A stretch of DNA of 64,000 nucleotides from contig JAPETS010000002.1 in NCBI GenBank assembly GCA_026023565.1, forward strand, positions 1,054,001-1,118,000, written 5' to 3'. Shown here piece by piece: positions 26,147-39,600 of this stretch (positions within the stretch are counted from its first letter, which is position 1; each line of letters starts with the position of its first letter). Both the position numbers and the translations under genes were made by a program. The DNA comes from Cirrosporium novae-zelandiae. Its lineage: Eukaryota. The notes beneath the pieces were generated by a model, which was not told the origin of the DNA, ran no database searches, and saw only the letters and a list, made by a program, of their open reading frames with translations.

Positions 26147-26901
26147 AACTTTTTTCTTTCCCCCCTTTTTTTCTTCAAATAATTCTAGTCCGAAAATATG
26201 AGTTTCTACAATACCAGTATCAGTATTATACCCTACTCCACTCCTCACTCTTCATTTCTCCTCCTCCCTCTCTTCCACTTCTTTCGTCTTTTTCCGGCCT
26301 GTCACCCGACCTGCCTGTCTGCCTGCCTGCTCCCTATTCCTAAAACTCACGGGGACAGTTACTTTACCTTCCCTATGAGGAGAGATTCGCGCACCACGAA
26401 CGAAAAATAAAAAAAAGTTAGACATGTCTTCTTCATAATGATCGGAAGAAACACTAGAGGGTAAGAAGAAAGGAGAAAGGAGCAAGCACTATAGAATCGA
26501 ACCGGGTCGGGTCGGGTCGGGTCGAGTGGGTGGATAAGGTCACTATAATCAAGAACCTATAATACTATGACATAAATAACTTTTTCTTTTCAAGCAAGCT
26601 AAGTTCAAAGGTATGAGTTGCTACAATATCAATACCCCAACCCACTCCATTCCTTCTCCTTCTCCTTTCTGACACGTTTATTCTCTTCTATCGCTCTCGG
26701 GGTTCGCTATTTATTTTATTTTACCTTTACTCTTCCTATGAGGAAAGATTAGCTCACCATGAACAAAAATAAAAGGGGATATGTTTCGACTTCTCCATAA
26801 TGGTGGAGAAAAAACACAAGAAGGCAGGAAGTAAAGGATAAGAAGTAAGAAGAAAGGAGCAAGTAATATAAAATCGAATCGGGTTGGTTGAGTCGCTGGA
26901 T
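26147..26901. repeat. Degenerate tandem duplication, period about 415 bp
   Basis: tatgagtt(t/g)ctacaata at 26197 and 26612. Shared cctatgagga(g/a)agatt and agaaaggagcaag...aatcgaa(c/t)cgggt blocks occur in the same order in both copies. Confidence 0.85.
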
Positions 26902-29900
26902 GTGCTGTGGCGGATGAGAGATGAGATGATCGTGGTGTGAGAAAGATGCCAATCTTGCAAAGAAAAACAACGCACAATAGAAAGGACGAAGAGAGAGCTC
27001 TGAAGGGAGTTATTCTTCTTCTCATGCTTGTTATTCCACATCGAAAGATACCAAATCCACAAAATTGTTGGCTATGTTATTCGCTCTTCACTGCTCGCAG
27101 CGCCAAAACAATCTCAAACAGCCTGCTAGCACATCAGCGCCAGAAAACTTCCTCCTTCCTTCTCCAAAAGCCACGTCGAACGAGGAAAACATCTAAAACT
27201 GAACTAAACTAAATTGCCAAGTGCCCCCTATCTCTCTATACCTGGTTTTTTTTACACAGCAAAGAAAGACCCAAATATGACATTTAATCGATACAAGTGA
27301 GAAAGGGACCTTCACGACGGACGTCATTAATTAGGGCGAAAAGAAGGAGACAGAACAACAACACTCGCAGAAAACAAGGAATTCCGGACGAATACACCTA
27401 TATTAAGGGACTATACTGTAAAAAATAAATAATATCCTTAGACTAAAATTCCGGTGCTGGGTATTGACTAATTATATTGTGGTCATTCCTACCAATTTCA
27501 AAATCAGGAGCGAGATACATCGTGATCGCTTGTAAATTACTTCTCAAAGTTTATTTGGGCTAAGGCATAATTACATTACCAATCCGCATCGGCAAGATAT
27601 TTTTCTCAATTTACAGTTTTTGAAAATCCTAAGCTCTTTTATTTTTTTTTTAAACAAATACTAAAACTGAGATTATTCAATTGAATCAAATTCTTAACCA
27701 CTTCTCCTTACTTGCCTTGTTCGATTAACTAGTCAGGATACTTCCCGCTATTTAGTACAACAGCCCCCTAATTATCAAATCAATCTCTCGATGAAGGAAG
27801 CCGAATATAAATTTTTTTTTTTTTTTAGTACAGAAATGAGAAAAACTCAAATCGTGACTGGTCAAGTTAGATATATAATAGCAAAGACTTCAGGCCTCCT
27901 AGGTCCGCATTTGATATCATGGTATTATGATTTTTTTAGATCCTCGAACTAAGAATGCGATAACTTAAACCCCTTCCTTTCTTCCTCAGTTATAATCTCT
28001 TTTCCCTAGGAAACTTTCATTCCAGCAATAGCTTACTTCCCTTGGTCCTTGATCCTTGAAAGTCTAAGCCTTACAAGGATACGAGGGATATGTATTCATG
28101 GTGCGTTAATTGACCGAATGTCCTCTAGTACAATACAGGGAACATGTTCTGTATCTATGTCTATGTCTATTAAGAAAAAGAAAAACAATCAATATTCGGA
28201 AGGGGGGGGGGGGGGGGGGGGGGGGGGGGTGAGTGAGTGTTCAGTAAGTTACCCTAGCTTTGTAGTAGTATGATCACAATCTCATAAAATAATGTCCTAT
28301 ATCATGAAAACCGACAAAAAAAGGGGTAACACACCACAGGCTTGTGAGGAATCAAGCGCTGAAGGTATAAGTGTCGTGTTGAACAAAGAACAAACACATC
28401 AAAGGCACTTCAGGTTTATTAAGTTTCAATCGATCGAAACCCCAGAAAATTGTTACGTACATACATACATACATACAGATCGAAAGTTGGATGTGGGAGT
28501 TGGTGGTTAACGTTATTCCTTGAGACTAATAATATATAGGTAAGAAATAACTTCGAAAACGATTACAATATTGTTTGTCTATGGAGCTATTACTATCATT
28601 CTACCCCGACGATTATTAGTATTAACGGGCCATCCTTATTATTATTAAAGGATGCGTGCATCATTACAAACACAGCAGAGAACTGTGAAAAAAAAAAAAA
28701 AAAATTATCGACGATAACCACTACTTGCAGTAAGAAAGAACTATACATATACATATATATACACCAACTTTAAGAATTAAAAAAAAAAAAAGAGAGATGT
28801 TATTAATCATCATCAATCTTCATCAAACTGTTTAGATTATTTTTGAAACAATATCAGAGGGGGGGAGCTGGCTACCGATCAAATGGAAAGTCCTTATACA
28901 GACAAGTGTGGAGTCTAAGAAAAGCTCCTGAAGGACGGATTAAGTATTTATTGGGGGTTTTGGTTGATATGATTGAGTGAAAGGGGGGGGGACTGGTAAT
29001 TAATGGACTAATGAACTAATGGACTACAGGCTTGGGGGGAGGAGCGGGAAGGAGGGAGGGAGGAAGGAAGAAGAAGTTGGAGCTGCAACTTATTGGCTGG
29101 CTTGTTGGTTGGGAGGTTGGTTGGTGAAGGGAATTGTTTATTAAATCTCCATAACACATGTTCATCTCTTTTTTTCTTCAACCCTTTATCATCTCCATTA
29201 TCCATTTCTTCGTTTTCTTCATTATTTTCTTCATTCGTGGTTGTTTTACTTTGGGTATGGTATGACTAGCTAGCTAGCTAATCAAAAGCCGAATTTATGG
29301 GCAAGTGAGGGAAAAGTAAGGGAAAAAAGGGGGATATGCAGCGATTACGGGTTGGGAACGTCGGAAAAGCGGTTATGGTTTTGGATCTGCCCTGTTTGAG
29401 AGATTGAGGGGTGGGGGGGATATACGTATCTGTCTGGTTAGCTTCGTCTTTAAGCCTCTACCCCAACTTCATCTCCACACTTAGATTATGACTCCAACGT
29501 CATATCCATATTCACATCAAAACTAAACGCAAACAAATAAAGTCAGCGAGAGCGTAGCAGATAACAGCTACATCATGACACCACGACACCACGACATCAC
29601 AACACGACATCACAACTACAATTCCCCCTCTTGAACTCATGAACTCTTGAGCTCTTAAACTTTTGAACTCCAGGCTCCAAAGTCAGGGGGTGGGAAGGAT
29701 TAAAACCGCTCTCTAGCTTTTTTTTTATATTAGTTTATTAGGTTATTAGTTTTTTAGTACGGGAAAAAAGGGGATTTGTGATCAGGATTAAGTGCGCTGA
29801 GGATAAAGAAATTTGGTGGTGGAGTGAGGGTAGTGGTAGGATTTTTCCTTTTTTTGTGTGTGTAGTGTTGCCCCAGGCAAGAATTAAAGGGGTGTACGTG

Positions 29901-30347
29901 ACATTCATTTGCCCAGCCAGCTAGCAGAAATAAGCTCCCAAGATTCCTCATGCAGATAAGAAAAGCATTTAGTCTAAAAAAAAGTCGGAAAGATTTATCA
30001 GACCTTTTAGAAGCAAAAGACGTAGGCAAGTAGAAGAAACTAAAGCCTTTTTAATTTTTATATATATTTTGGGCGGGTTATATATATTTACATACCCACG
30101 CCGAACCCTAGTTTTTTTTTAGCTTGAAACTACACAAGTAGTTAGATGGGGTGGTGGTTATGAGAATCGGGTTTTGTATGGGAATTAGGCGGTCATGATT
30201 TGAAAATATGGTGGATGGATGGATTGATGGATTATGTAGGGATTATGGTTAATGCCCTATGCCTATACCTATGCCTGTGTTTATGCTATTGGAATCAATT
30301 TCTTGCTTTTTTGGATATCAAATAAAAGGGGTCTTTTCACCCTCGTC

Positions 30348-31822
30348 CTATTCCGTAGCTGCTTCCGTTCCCGCCTCCAGCGGCTTCTGCCCATAAACAA
30401 CGTAAATGGGAAAATACGCATGGATTTTGCGATCCTGGAGCTGCTTCCTCACATCCACCAAGAAAACCTCGACCTCCTCTCGGTTCCAACCCAATCCCCG
30501 TGTGAATAGCCCGACGGTATTGGCATAAAGTCCCTGTGTGATATTGGCTAGGGTCCAGAGACCCTTTTGTTTTTCAACGGGGTCTTTGGGCCACTGGTTC
30601 GTAGGCCACTTGTAGAGTGTTCCGCGTACGTTGGCGAAGCCCTTTTGGCGTATCCAGTCTTCGTATTTGGAGGGCTTGTCTAGCTCTTGGTGCAAGGCTG
30701 TGGAGGCCTCGACCATCAGATTGCCCCATCTGCGGAGGGCGCTGGTTTCGGGAAACGAGGAGTCGTCGCAGGCGAGGGGAAAGGCAGCTTCTTGCATTTC
30801 GATCCAGCCGCCAGGTTTGAGGGCCCTAGATTTTGGGATTCCGTGTTAGGGGTTTTTTTTATTAGTTAGTAATTAGTGGCACAGTTACTTGAATGCTTGG
30901 TCGAAGAGGTGGTGTTCCTCGACGGCGCAGTGTAATTGGCGGCAATGGATGTAGTCAAAATTACGGTGGTATGTCCACTCGTCGTTGGAGTCGTCGATTT
31001 CAAAGGTTAGGTTAGGGGGAACACTGTTGAATCTATAAGGTGTCGTGAATTATGAACGGATCAGGGAATGATACTAGCGAGGCTGTACTGGACTCAAGTC
31101 TGTTCCGGTGACATGCGCGGATGGAAATTTGTCGGCTGATTGTAATATGTTAGGTCAAGACATTCTCAGCCTCCTATTGTATCATTCCATTCTTACCAAA
31201 TTCCATGGCCCAGATACCTGTTCCTGTTCCAATGTCAAGCACCTCTTGGGGATTCTTGGAGATGGGTGCGGTATAGAGTTTACTGTCCAGGGTGAGCGAG
31301 AAGAGGTTATGCTGAAGATCTGTGAATGGTCAGCTCAGATCAGCAAGCAAGCAATTGACAATACCTAAACGATCGAGCTCTTGCTTGAGGGTATATCAGT
31401 AAATGCCGACTACAAGTCCCGCTAGAAGAATTAATTACCTCGTTGTTTGGATATGGGTACTCTTTATATTCGGTTGAAATTAGTTGCTCGTCACCTATAG
31501 GACTGGTATACCATTTGAACTCACCGCCGTCCTTATATGCGTGATAAGTAAGGCCATTTTCTTGCCGGTATTGATAAATGGATGAAGCCACTGAGGTTAA
31601 CAAGCTCCCACTACAAGTTAATTAGTACGTCGTCATATTTCTTTCTTTGTATCCAACGTCCCTTTCAGAATCTCCATAGCTAGAATCTGTGGTGTCGGTG
31701 TTCTATTAACCTAAGTTAGTAATGTACTATCCGCCATAACAGGACGGAATTTTGTACAGTACCTCATCGTCAGGTACGGGACCTTCTCTCGCTGGAGCTT
31801 CTTGAGATGCTGCGGATGCCAT
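30348..31822 (-). CDS. Class I SAM-dependent methyltransferase, LaeA-like (Llm/TAM-domain) family, 9 exons; intron 2 donor is anomalous
   Basis: ENGLTYHAYKDG, YPYPNNEQELDRLDLQH, VLDIGTGTGIWAMEF, GTDLSPVQP, VPPNLTFEIDD, FDYIHCR, LKPGGWIEMQE, YKWPTNQWPKD, IYVVYGQKP. Confidence 0.92.
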
Positions 31823-33307
31823 TGGCCCAAAATTTCAAACTCAATTCAATTAACTATTATTCAAGCCACCAAGTAGATACATTAACTATCAAGGAAGAAG
31901 TTGGAATCAGATGCCGAGGGCGGGGGTTTATTAAGAAACTGTCAAAGTAATTAATTATCCATGATGGGTTTAGGTGATGATTGAGCACGTTATGCCGTCA
32001 GGACGTAGTCGTGTCCCCGGTTCATCGGAGGGGCGGAAGTACCAACCCCATATTTTCTCCAGATGATGATACGCTCATTTAGCATTTGTGGGGTGATTGA
32101 ATGAATATTCTTATTTATCTTCATTACTAGACATACTATGTGATGCTAATTATGTACTGTATCAAGATTTATTCATATATATGTACTATGGATGCATAAA
32201 TAACGTATTTACGATAACAAACAGTACATGTTATTCAATTACGCAGTAGTAACTTTCATTCTATTTTAATTCATTCTCCTTATTATCTTTCCCTTTCCCT
32301 TTGCTTTGCGCTTGCCATTGATTTTCAATCTTTCGCATTCACCTTTGCTATGATGCAGTGTCGGGGGGTCGAAATAGACGGTAGGTTCGGAATATATTGT
32401 GGCCCCAGCGGGAATGGGAGCGTGAATATGGCCTCTGGTAAATGGTGAGGGTGGAGGAGGAACTGTGGCTGTCAAGGGATGCACTTGCGTTGGTGCAGAC
32501 ATGCAGAAGAGTAGCATGCATGGTAGAAGGGAGGATTATTAGTATCGATAGGCTAAGGAGGGCTTGAGAGTGCCCTCTTGGGTGGCACTTTGGATTGCGG
32601 ACCCTGATCGTTGTTCGTTTGTTGTTTAATATTCGTCAAAAGAATGTGAGGTTTGGGGAAACCACTGGGAATATAATGTCTGTTTGTCAGCTAATAGTTT
32701 CTATTGAGCATCAAGGGTTCCTATAGATGATGTAGAAACGGTATGTATTTAGGATATTGGAAATTCGGTTGATGATCAGATATCTCAGGTCCTTGTGGAA
32801 GGGTAGCAGAGAAAACGAGAAAATGAAAGCTAGGTTTATACAATGCCAAAGAAGGGCAGGCAATGGAAAATAAATGCCGAATGAAGTAGTGAATGACCCA
32901 ATTCTTATTCGTTCTATTACCATGGTATGTGAATGTTCATTGTCTAGTTAATTAATCTCCAAAGATGACCAGAATATTCGCGATGAAGGAAAGGGAGAAA
33001 CAGGGTATACCATATGGATTGAAAGCCCCATAGGAATTGTCAAAACGACCTTTTCACATCCGTAACCCGTAACAATATCCAATATCTATTTCAAGTGTTT
33101 TCGCTGCTAAAGCGTTGATCAATATTCCTAAGCTCTTTTATCCTTGCTTCCTACTACGCAACCACTTAGCCCGCAACCATAGAGGCAGCCAATGGTGTAG
33201 AATGACCTTATTGAGGCTAAAGTCTTATTCACCCAGAGATAAAAATTCGAAATACTCAAAGTAATAATAACAGTGGAATCATATAACCTTGTTTAAAGTC
33301 TATGCAC

Positions 33308-34250
33308 TCATCTATGCTTTGCAAATGACTCAAAAACAGTCTTGCCATTAAGAACGTCTTCTTTCACCTTATCGTCAGCTTCCACTAGCTTTGGGAGGAT
33401 GGCCAAAACCCCATCGACAAGGTCTTGAGGGATAATGACACATCCTTCTAGGGGATCACAAAACGCTATGTCACCCTTATCACAGTTAGTATAGTATTTT
33501 TTAAGAGACATGGAAATATCTCACTGGATTGACTGAAAGGCCGCCCACTATTATGGGGACATCAATTGAGTGTACTTTAGATTCGGCTCCGGCTCCCACT
33601 GTGGATCTTGCACGAGCCCATATCTATAGAAAAGTTTAGTTGTGATGTTGAGTCTAGGAAATAAACGATATAATTCCTCACAGGAAGTCCTAGCCCTCTC
33701 AGCTCTCGGAGATCTCTCACGCGCCCTCCTTCGGCAGCAATAATTCCTTTGACACCTATTACTTTTAATCGCGTTGCCATGATACCACCAAGAACGGCAC
33801 ATTTTTGTCCAGCAGGTTGTGATAAAATAACAACTGTATTAACCTTCATTAAATCTGCCCAATGTGTACCAGACGGTATATTCGAAGCAGGGAGAGTATC
33901 TATTAAGGACTCTGCCAGTGTCGGCTGCTTGGATATAAACTGGACGGTCGAAATCGGAGCGATTACTTTTGGCTGATCTGCAAGGGCCGTCGATGATGGG
34001 GGATTTGGGGCAAAGGGAACCGCTTGAAGTGAGCGAACATCTATAAAGGATTGATCTTCATACCAATATCAGCCATAAAGCCTGCAAGAGGCCTTTCCCC
34101 ATTAGGCACTTTCTGTAGCTTCAATAATGCATCCGAAATCTAGTTGGCCTTAACAATCTGCTGCAAGTTGGTAGCCCCGAGTATACTCACATCGCAAGCA
34201 GTATAGGCTTGCAAACTTTCCAGTTTGTTATTTAAGGATTCCAAAGCCAT
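33308..34250 (-). CDS. RraA-like / 4-hydroxy-4-methyl-2-oxoglutarate aldolase family protein, 5 exons (possible upstream start at 34418)
   Basis: YTACD/ISDALLKL, HWADL, CAVLGGIMATRL, GRVRDLREL, IWARARSTVG, VNP/GDIAFCD, EGCVIIP; four introns join the ORF pieces in frame. Confidence 0.88.
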
Positions 34251-35420
34251 GTTTGTATTTATATTTGTCGATGAGCTTAGGCTTCGATACGGTGAAGAGA
34301 ATTTAGAATAAGGGATATCATATGAGATAAACTGGACAGCGGGATTGAAGGAACGTTGTATGCCCCGCAGGAGCTTCAACCCACTTTGGAGGGGATGTCC
34401 AAGCTTTACCGCTAACATTGAATAAAGAGAACCATACAAAGTATAACTGTCGAATAAGCTAGGTATCAATTGACTTTGCAATTAAAAGTGAAATACATGT
34501 AAAATCAAGAACAAAGGTTGATGAGATCAACGCCCTTAGTAGCAATGAAACTTCGATCCATTGTAGTTCTCCGACGTCATTGAGATCCGGGGCTGCGGAG
34601 GAGCGGAAGTTATAAGTGCCGGTCAGTGTCAGCTAGAAGAGCCAATATGAGAAATGTTGCGGAATAGTGATAAATACCTAGGTACCTAGGTATCTAGCTA
34701 AAATTGTGCAAGGGAAGAATTGGAAAATTTGATTATCCTCTTTGCCTAGACTGCAATCATTTGTTGAAAAGAAACCTGCTGAAGAGCTCTCCCGCTGTTG
34801 CATGGATTCTATGCAACGGAACGAGCTTAAGGTTCAAGAGATGGCAATGCCATATATGCTGGCCTTTTACAAGATAATCAGAGTTTAGTATTTGTTTTTT
34901 ATCAAGTGTAGCAATCAATTGGTACATGCAAGTAGGTCCCACATGATACGTACGGGATTTCAGTACGAGTACAAGTACGAATATCTCATGATTCATACAT
35001 ATATCAGCTGTTATACAAAATGAAAAAACATTGGCTGTATCCAAGGTCGTGCAACCTGTTATAAAGCCAAATATCAACTACCAGGAACACAATACCAGGT
35101 CAATGCTTGGTTTGTCTATATGTCTAGTGCTTGAAGAGCTGAAGGATTCATGAACAATCCTGGATTCAACTTATCTTTACTTTCTGCCGCCGGAGAAAGT
35201 TCTGTATATCTAGCTGGCTATCATTGAAATATTGCCTAATGTGGAGAGCCCTCCTTCAGGATGCAATACCAACTTAGCAAGAAAAGAGTAGTTCAACAAG
35301 TGCTTTCGTTTGATACCCCATCACAATATAAAAATATTGAATTTTATTGAATTGTTGGCTTAGTTGTATGCTGAGAGTGGTCTTGTACGTTTGTGGCTGG
35401 GGTGGAGCATGTTAGGACAC

Positions 35421-35892
35421 CTAGAAGTATTTCGCCTCGACCTAAATCATAATTGTCAATCCATAGCCTTGTCTCATTATCAGATATAGTTTTATATACC
35501 TTCCAAGGGTTGTTATATTCAAATCCAGGAGGAGCTCTGTGGTCATCCGTTTGCCCTCGTAAAAAGCCGGTCAGCCGCCTATCTCGGTCCATCACTGCGT
35601 ACTAAGGTTAGCTGGATTGCTTGCGCATATGAAGGGATCATCCGTACTTTGCTATGAATGACATTAGACGAAATCCTTAATGTAGCCATGGCAGTAGACG
35701 TACCCTGTCCCATTGATCAATATTGAATCGGCCTCTCTTCCCTCCATTTTGAAGCCACCTGATACCAGAAAGTCCAGCACCAGTGACACCAAACATCTAA
35801 GCAAATTAGTCTTCGGCGCATGTGTTGGAATAAGTGGTAGATACCGCCAAGATGATGCCATAAGGAAGCAAAGCTTCGAAAGGCACACCCAT
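35421..35892 (-). CDS. NDUFA1: NADH:ubiquinone oxidoreductase accessory subunit MWFE (NDUFA1), 5 exons including a 4-nt microexon
   Basis: Spliced product: MGVPFEALLPYGIILA/MFGVTGAGLSGIRWLQNGGKRGRFNIDQWDR/Q/MMDRDRRLTGFLRGQTDDHRAPPGFEYNNPWK/VEAKYF*. Confidence 0.93.
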
Positions 35893-36605
35893 CCTGTTGG
35901 AATTTGGAGGGGCTGAAAAACTCTTGCTAATGGGGATTTTTCCGGATTTTGCAATTAGTGGATTGTGGCAAGAGTGGAGAGTGTTAGTGGTGGTGAATAG
36001 TAGTAAATTAAGAGGGATAACTGACCATGTTGAAGTTGCGGATGAAGTGGGAGCTGTTGCCCAACCGTAATTCAACCGCAAGAACTTTACTCCAGCCAAT
36101 CAGATACAGGTTCGCTGCTGCAGCAGACTACCAACTTCATTTAGGGAAATCGAAGGGGTTGGTATCTTGCCTAGGATTCCGAAAATCATCACCACGATCG
36201 AGTCTTGGAAAGTGTGGACAGTTATTTACGCGTCGCATGGCCGTCATTTGTGAGTCTAGTCGCATGAATTTTGTGCATGTTGCTTTCCTGGGCTGATGGA
36301 ACGCGTTTGCGCCAACTAGAGCCGTGCGAGGCTGAACCCAAGAGCTGTCCTCTACTTACAGAAAATCTCGAATAAGTTTATACATACGATATCATTACTC
36401 GATGAACCCTTATTCCCTGTGTTGACTCGATGTCCCAAACTGCGCTTTCATATCCAAGTTCGGGACCTTGACGGAACTATCTACACACCCACCCCCAACT
36501 CATGAAAGTTCCGGATCAGAGTTGACGGATCTACTCACTTTATACATTCGCTCAAGAAATCTAAAACCGCCAAAAGACAATCTGGCGGCTACATTAAAGA
36601 AAATC

Positions 36606-39600
36606 ATGGCCGCGATTGCGATGCCCGCCAAGTTTGAGCACCCCACCTTAAACAGCAACATCGACATGGTCGACAGCGATATAGATGCTGATGGGGATGA
36701 TGACCCAGACGTTGTCCCACCTACTCATGAAGAAAGTATGGAGTTGGAGAAGAGTGAACAGAATAGAAAGGAATATCAAAGTGGTCCAAGCCACAGTGAA
36801 GTCTCTAGTGAGGGAGAAGATGTTGACGACGAAGTAATGGAAGAGAAACAGGAGCAGGATGATGCTGAGGAGGAAGCATATAATCCACAGGAAGATGATG
36901 AAGATGATGAACCTGTCGGTGCTGTCAAGATACCGAAGCGCCGGTCAAGTAGGACGAAACCGAGTCATGACAGAGACGTCGCGGTCAAGGACGATAGTGA
37001 TGATGACAGCGATGACGAGTCCGGCGATTCCAGCAGTGACGAGTCAGAAGTTGAAAAAGACTGGGAGCATATGTCCAATGATGGAGATGAAGGTGATGTC
37101 GATATATCCAGCCGCAATAACTGCATGTAAGTGATTCTAATGTCTGAAAGTTTGATCTCGGAAAATACTTATAATCGGTAGATTTTGTGGTCTAGATGAA
37201 GAACATGATCCTAGCGAGGAATTCGAAGAATATATGGCCTGTGCAGTCTGTGGTGATAATGGTAAGTCTTGGCTTTTGGCTTTAGAGTCTAAAAGAAAAG
37301 AGTTCGGATCTTCTAACCTCGTTTATTCCCTTGCAGCACATCGCCAGTGTGCACGTGAAGGCAATTCTCTCACGCAAGACGCCGGTAAGATAAATCCAAA
37401 TATCAAAAAAATAACATAATACTAACCTTGTTCTTTAGATGCTGAAAAGTGGCGATGCCCCAACTGTGTTGAGAATGGCATTCAACCAGATGAGCCAGAA
37501 GAAGGGCAGGCTGTCCTTCCTCATTCAGCTTCTACCCCTAAGATTGCAAGGGATCTCCTTCCTACTCAGAAAGGAACGGTAGTCCCAGGGTCGCATTCTG
37601 TTTTCAATGCTCTCATTCTTGACGATGACCCTATGGATGGCTCCCGATCTTTGCGTAAGCGAAAGGCCTCGATGGATGATATTGACGAGCCTGGGCCATC
37701 GACCCGAAAACGCCTCAGAAAACGATCGGCCTCTGAGTCGCCATCTGAGATGTCGACACACAAAGGTGTCGACGACGATAGCGAAGACGATGGTGCAAGG
37801 GTTCCAGCGCCTATAGGAGTTGATGCTAGGGAGTTTATAGCCCCGAAGCGCCGTACTGGAAGGATAAGACGCTATCGTAAAGTCGGCACAATCAGAACAA
37901 TTGAAAAGACAGAAGAGAAATTTATAATAGCAATTCGCTTGCATCAAAAGAAATTGTCTAGAATTGTGAACCCTCCAAAGAAAAGAGTACGGAGAAGAAA
38001 TCGGGAAAAGGAAGCTGTAGTTGTTGATGAGCAGGCAGAAGAAACACACTTTGCACCTGCATTGTCAAGCAACTATGTTTCGCCGTTTTATTCGTTCCAT
38101 GATGCGAGCAAGGATGAGGGCAATTCCAAACCATACGGAGGAATTCTATCTGAAGCCGATGCCGACACATCAAAAACTCTCCCTCAGCCTGCAGATCGTG
38201 CACGATTTGAAGAAGCACGTCAAAAAGCTGAAGAAGAGTGGAGAGAAAAGCAAGAAAGGCTGAATGCGGCTAATGGAGATCATGTCGGTAGATCGCACAA
38301 AGTGGCTGGGCCACCCAGCAAAATCAAATGCATCAACTTTGGCGGTTATGAAATCGATACCTGGTACGCTGCACCTTACCCTGAGGAGTATTCAAGGAAT
38401 CGAGTCTTGTATATTTGTGAATTCTGTCTCAAATACATGAACTCAGATTTCGTTGCTTGGCGACATAAACTCAAATGTCCCTGCAAGCATCCTCCCGGCG
38501 ATGAGATCTATCGTGATGGGACAATATCCGTTTTCGAGGTCGATGGTCGAAAGAACCCTGTCTACTGTCAAAATTTGTGTCTGTTGGCCAAATTATTCCT
38601 TGGATCAAAGACTCTTTACTATGATGTAGAGCCTTTTCTTTTCTATGTCATGACCGAATACGACGACTTTGGTTGTCATTTCGTTGGCTACTTTTCCAAG
38701 GAGAAACGACCAACAAGTTCCAACAACGTCTCATGTATTCTTACTCTTCCCATCCATCAACGCAAAGGATATGGCAATCTTCTCATTGACTTTTCATATC
38801 TTCTTACACGCGTCGAGCGCAAGACCGGCTCTCCTGAAAAGCCACTATCCGACATGGGTCTCGTTTCTTACCGCAACTACTGGCGTCTAGTCCTATCCTA
38901 CCAACTTATCGATGAGAAAGAGCCTCTTAGTATTCAAGACATCTCAGATCGCACCGGTATGACCGCTGATGACATTGTTTCTGGTCTAGAGAATTTGCGC
39001 GCTCTGGTTCGTGATCCTCTTACCAAGAAATACGCACTTCGCCTGGACTACAAGTACATGAAGGAATGTATCGACAACTGGGAAGCGAAGAATTATGTCA
39101 AGTTAAACCCGGAAGGCCTCATCTGGACGCCTTATATTATGGGTCGCAGCAACCAAGCTCAATTTGAACACGCGCCCATACAAACTGTCGCTCCTCGTGA
39201 GGACGAAGACGAAGACGAAGATTATGATCTTGTCACCAGAACCGAATTTAATGTCCTCTCCCTCGGCAATAGCATTCCTTCCTTTGACTCCAAGTCTACA
39301 CCAAACGGCCTACCTCCTGCGCCGTCATCTACCCATACAGCTACCAAGACTAGCCCCCCACCAAACTTTCTACCCCCCGGGCCTCCACCTACAGGCCTGC
39401 TAACTCGTTCTATCTCCCGCTCCATTTCCCGCACCCGCAGCGCATCCCCGTCCAAACCTCCAGCTCCTCAACTCCCAGCTATCCCTCCAACTCGTTATGA
39501 GATCTTTCCACCCGTACCTAACAGCCAGCGTAGACGACCCGGGAGACCCTGGGGCTCAAAAACGAAACGAACAAGCTCGACACCTGTCACCACAAAGAGG

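Noticed and set aside
34674..34693. Perfect 20-bp palindrome ATACCTAGGTACCTAGGTAT
   Set aside because: Built from TACCTA/TAGGTA simple-repeat units that recur across this window's intergenic DNA.
36468..36605. TTG-initiated N-terminal extension of the MYST gene
   Set aside because: Artefact of the ORF caller allowing non-ATG starts; ATG at 36606 has a good context.
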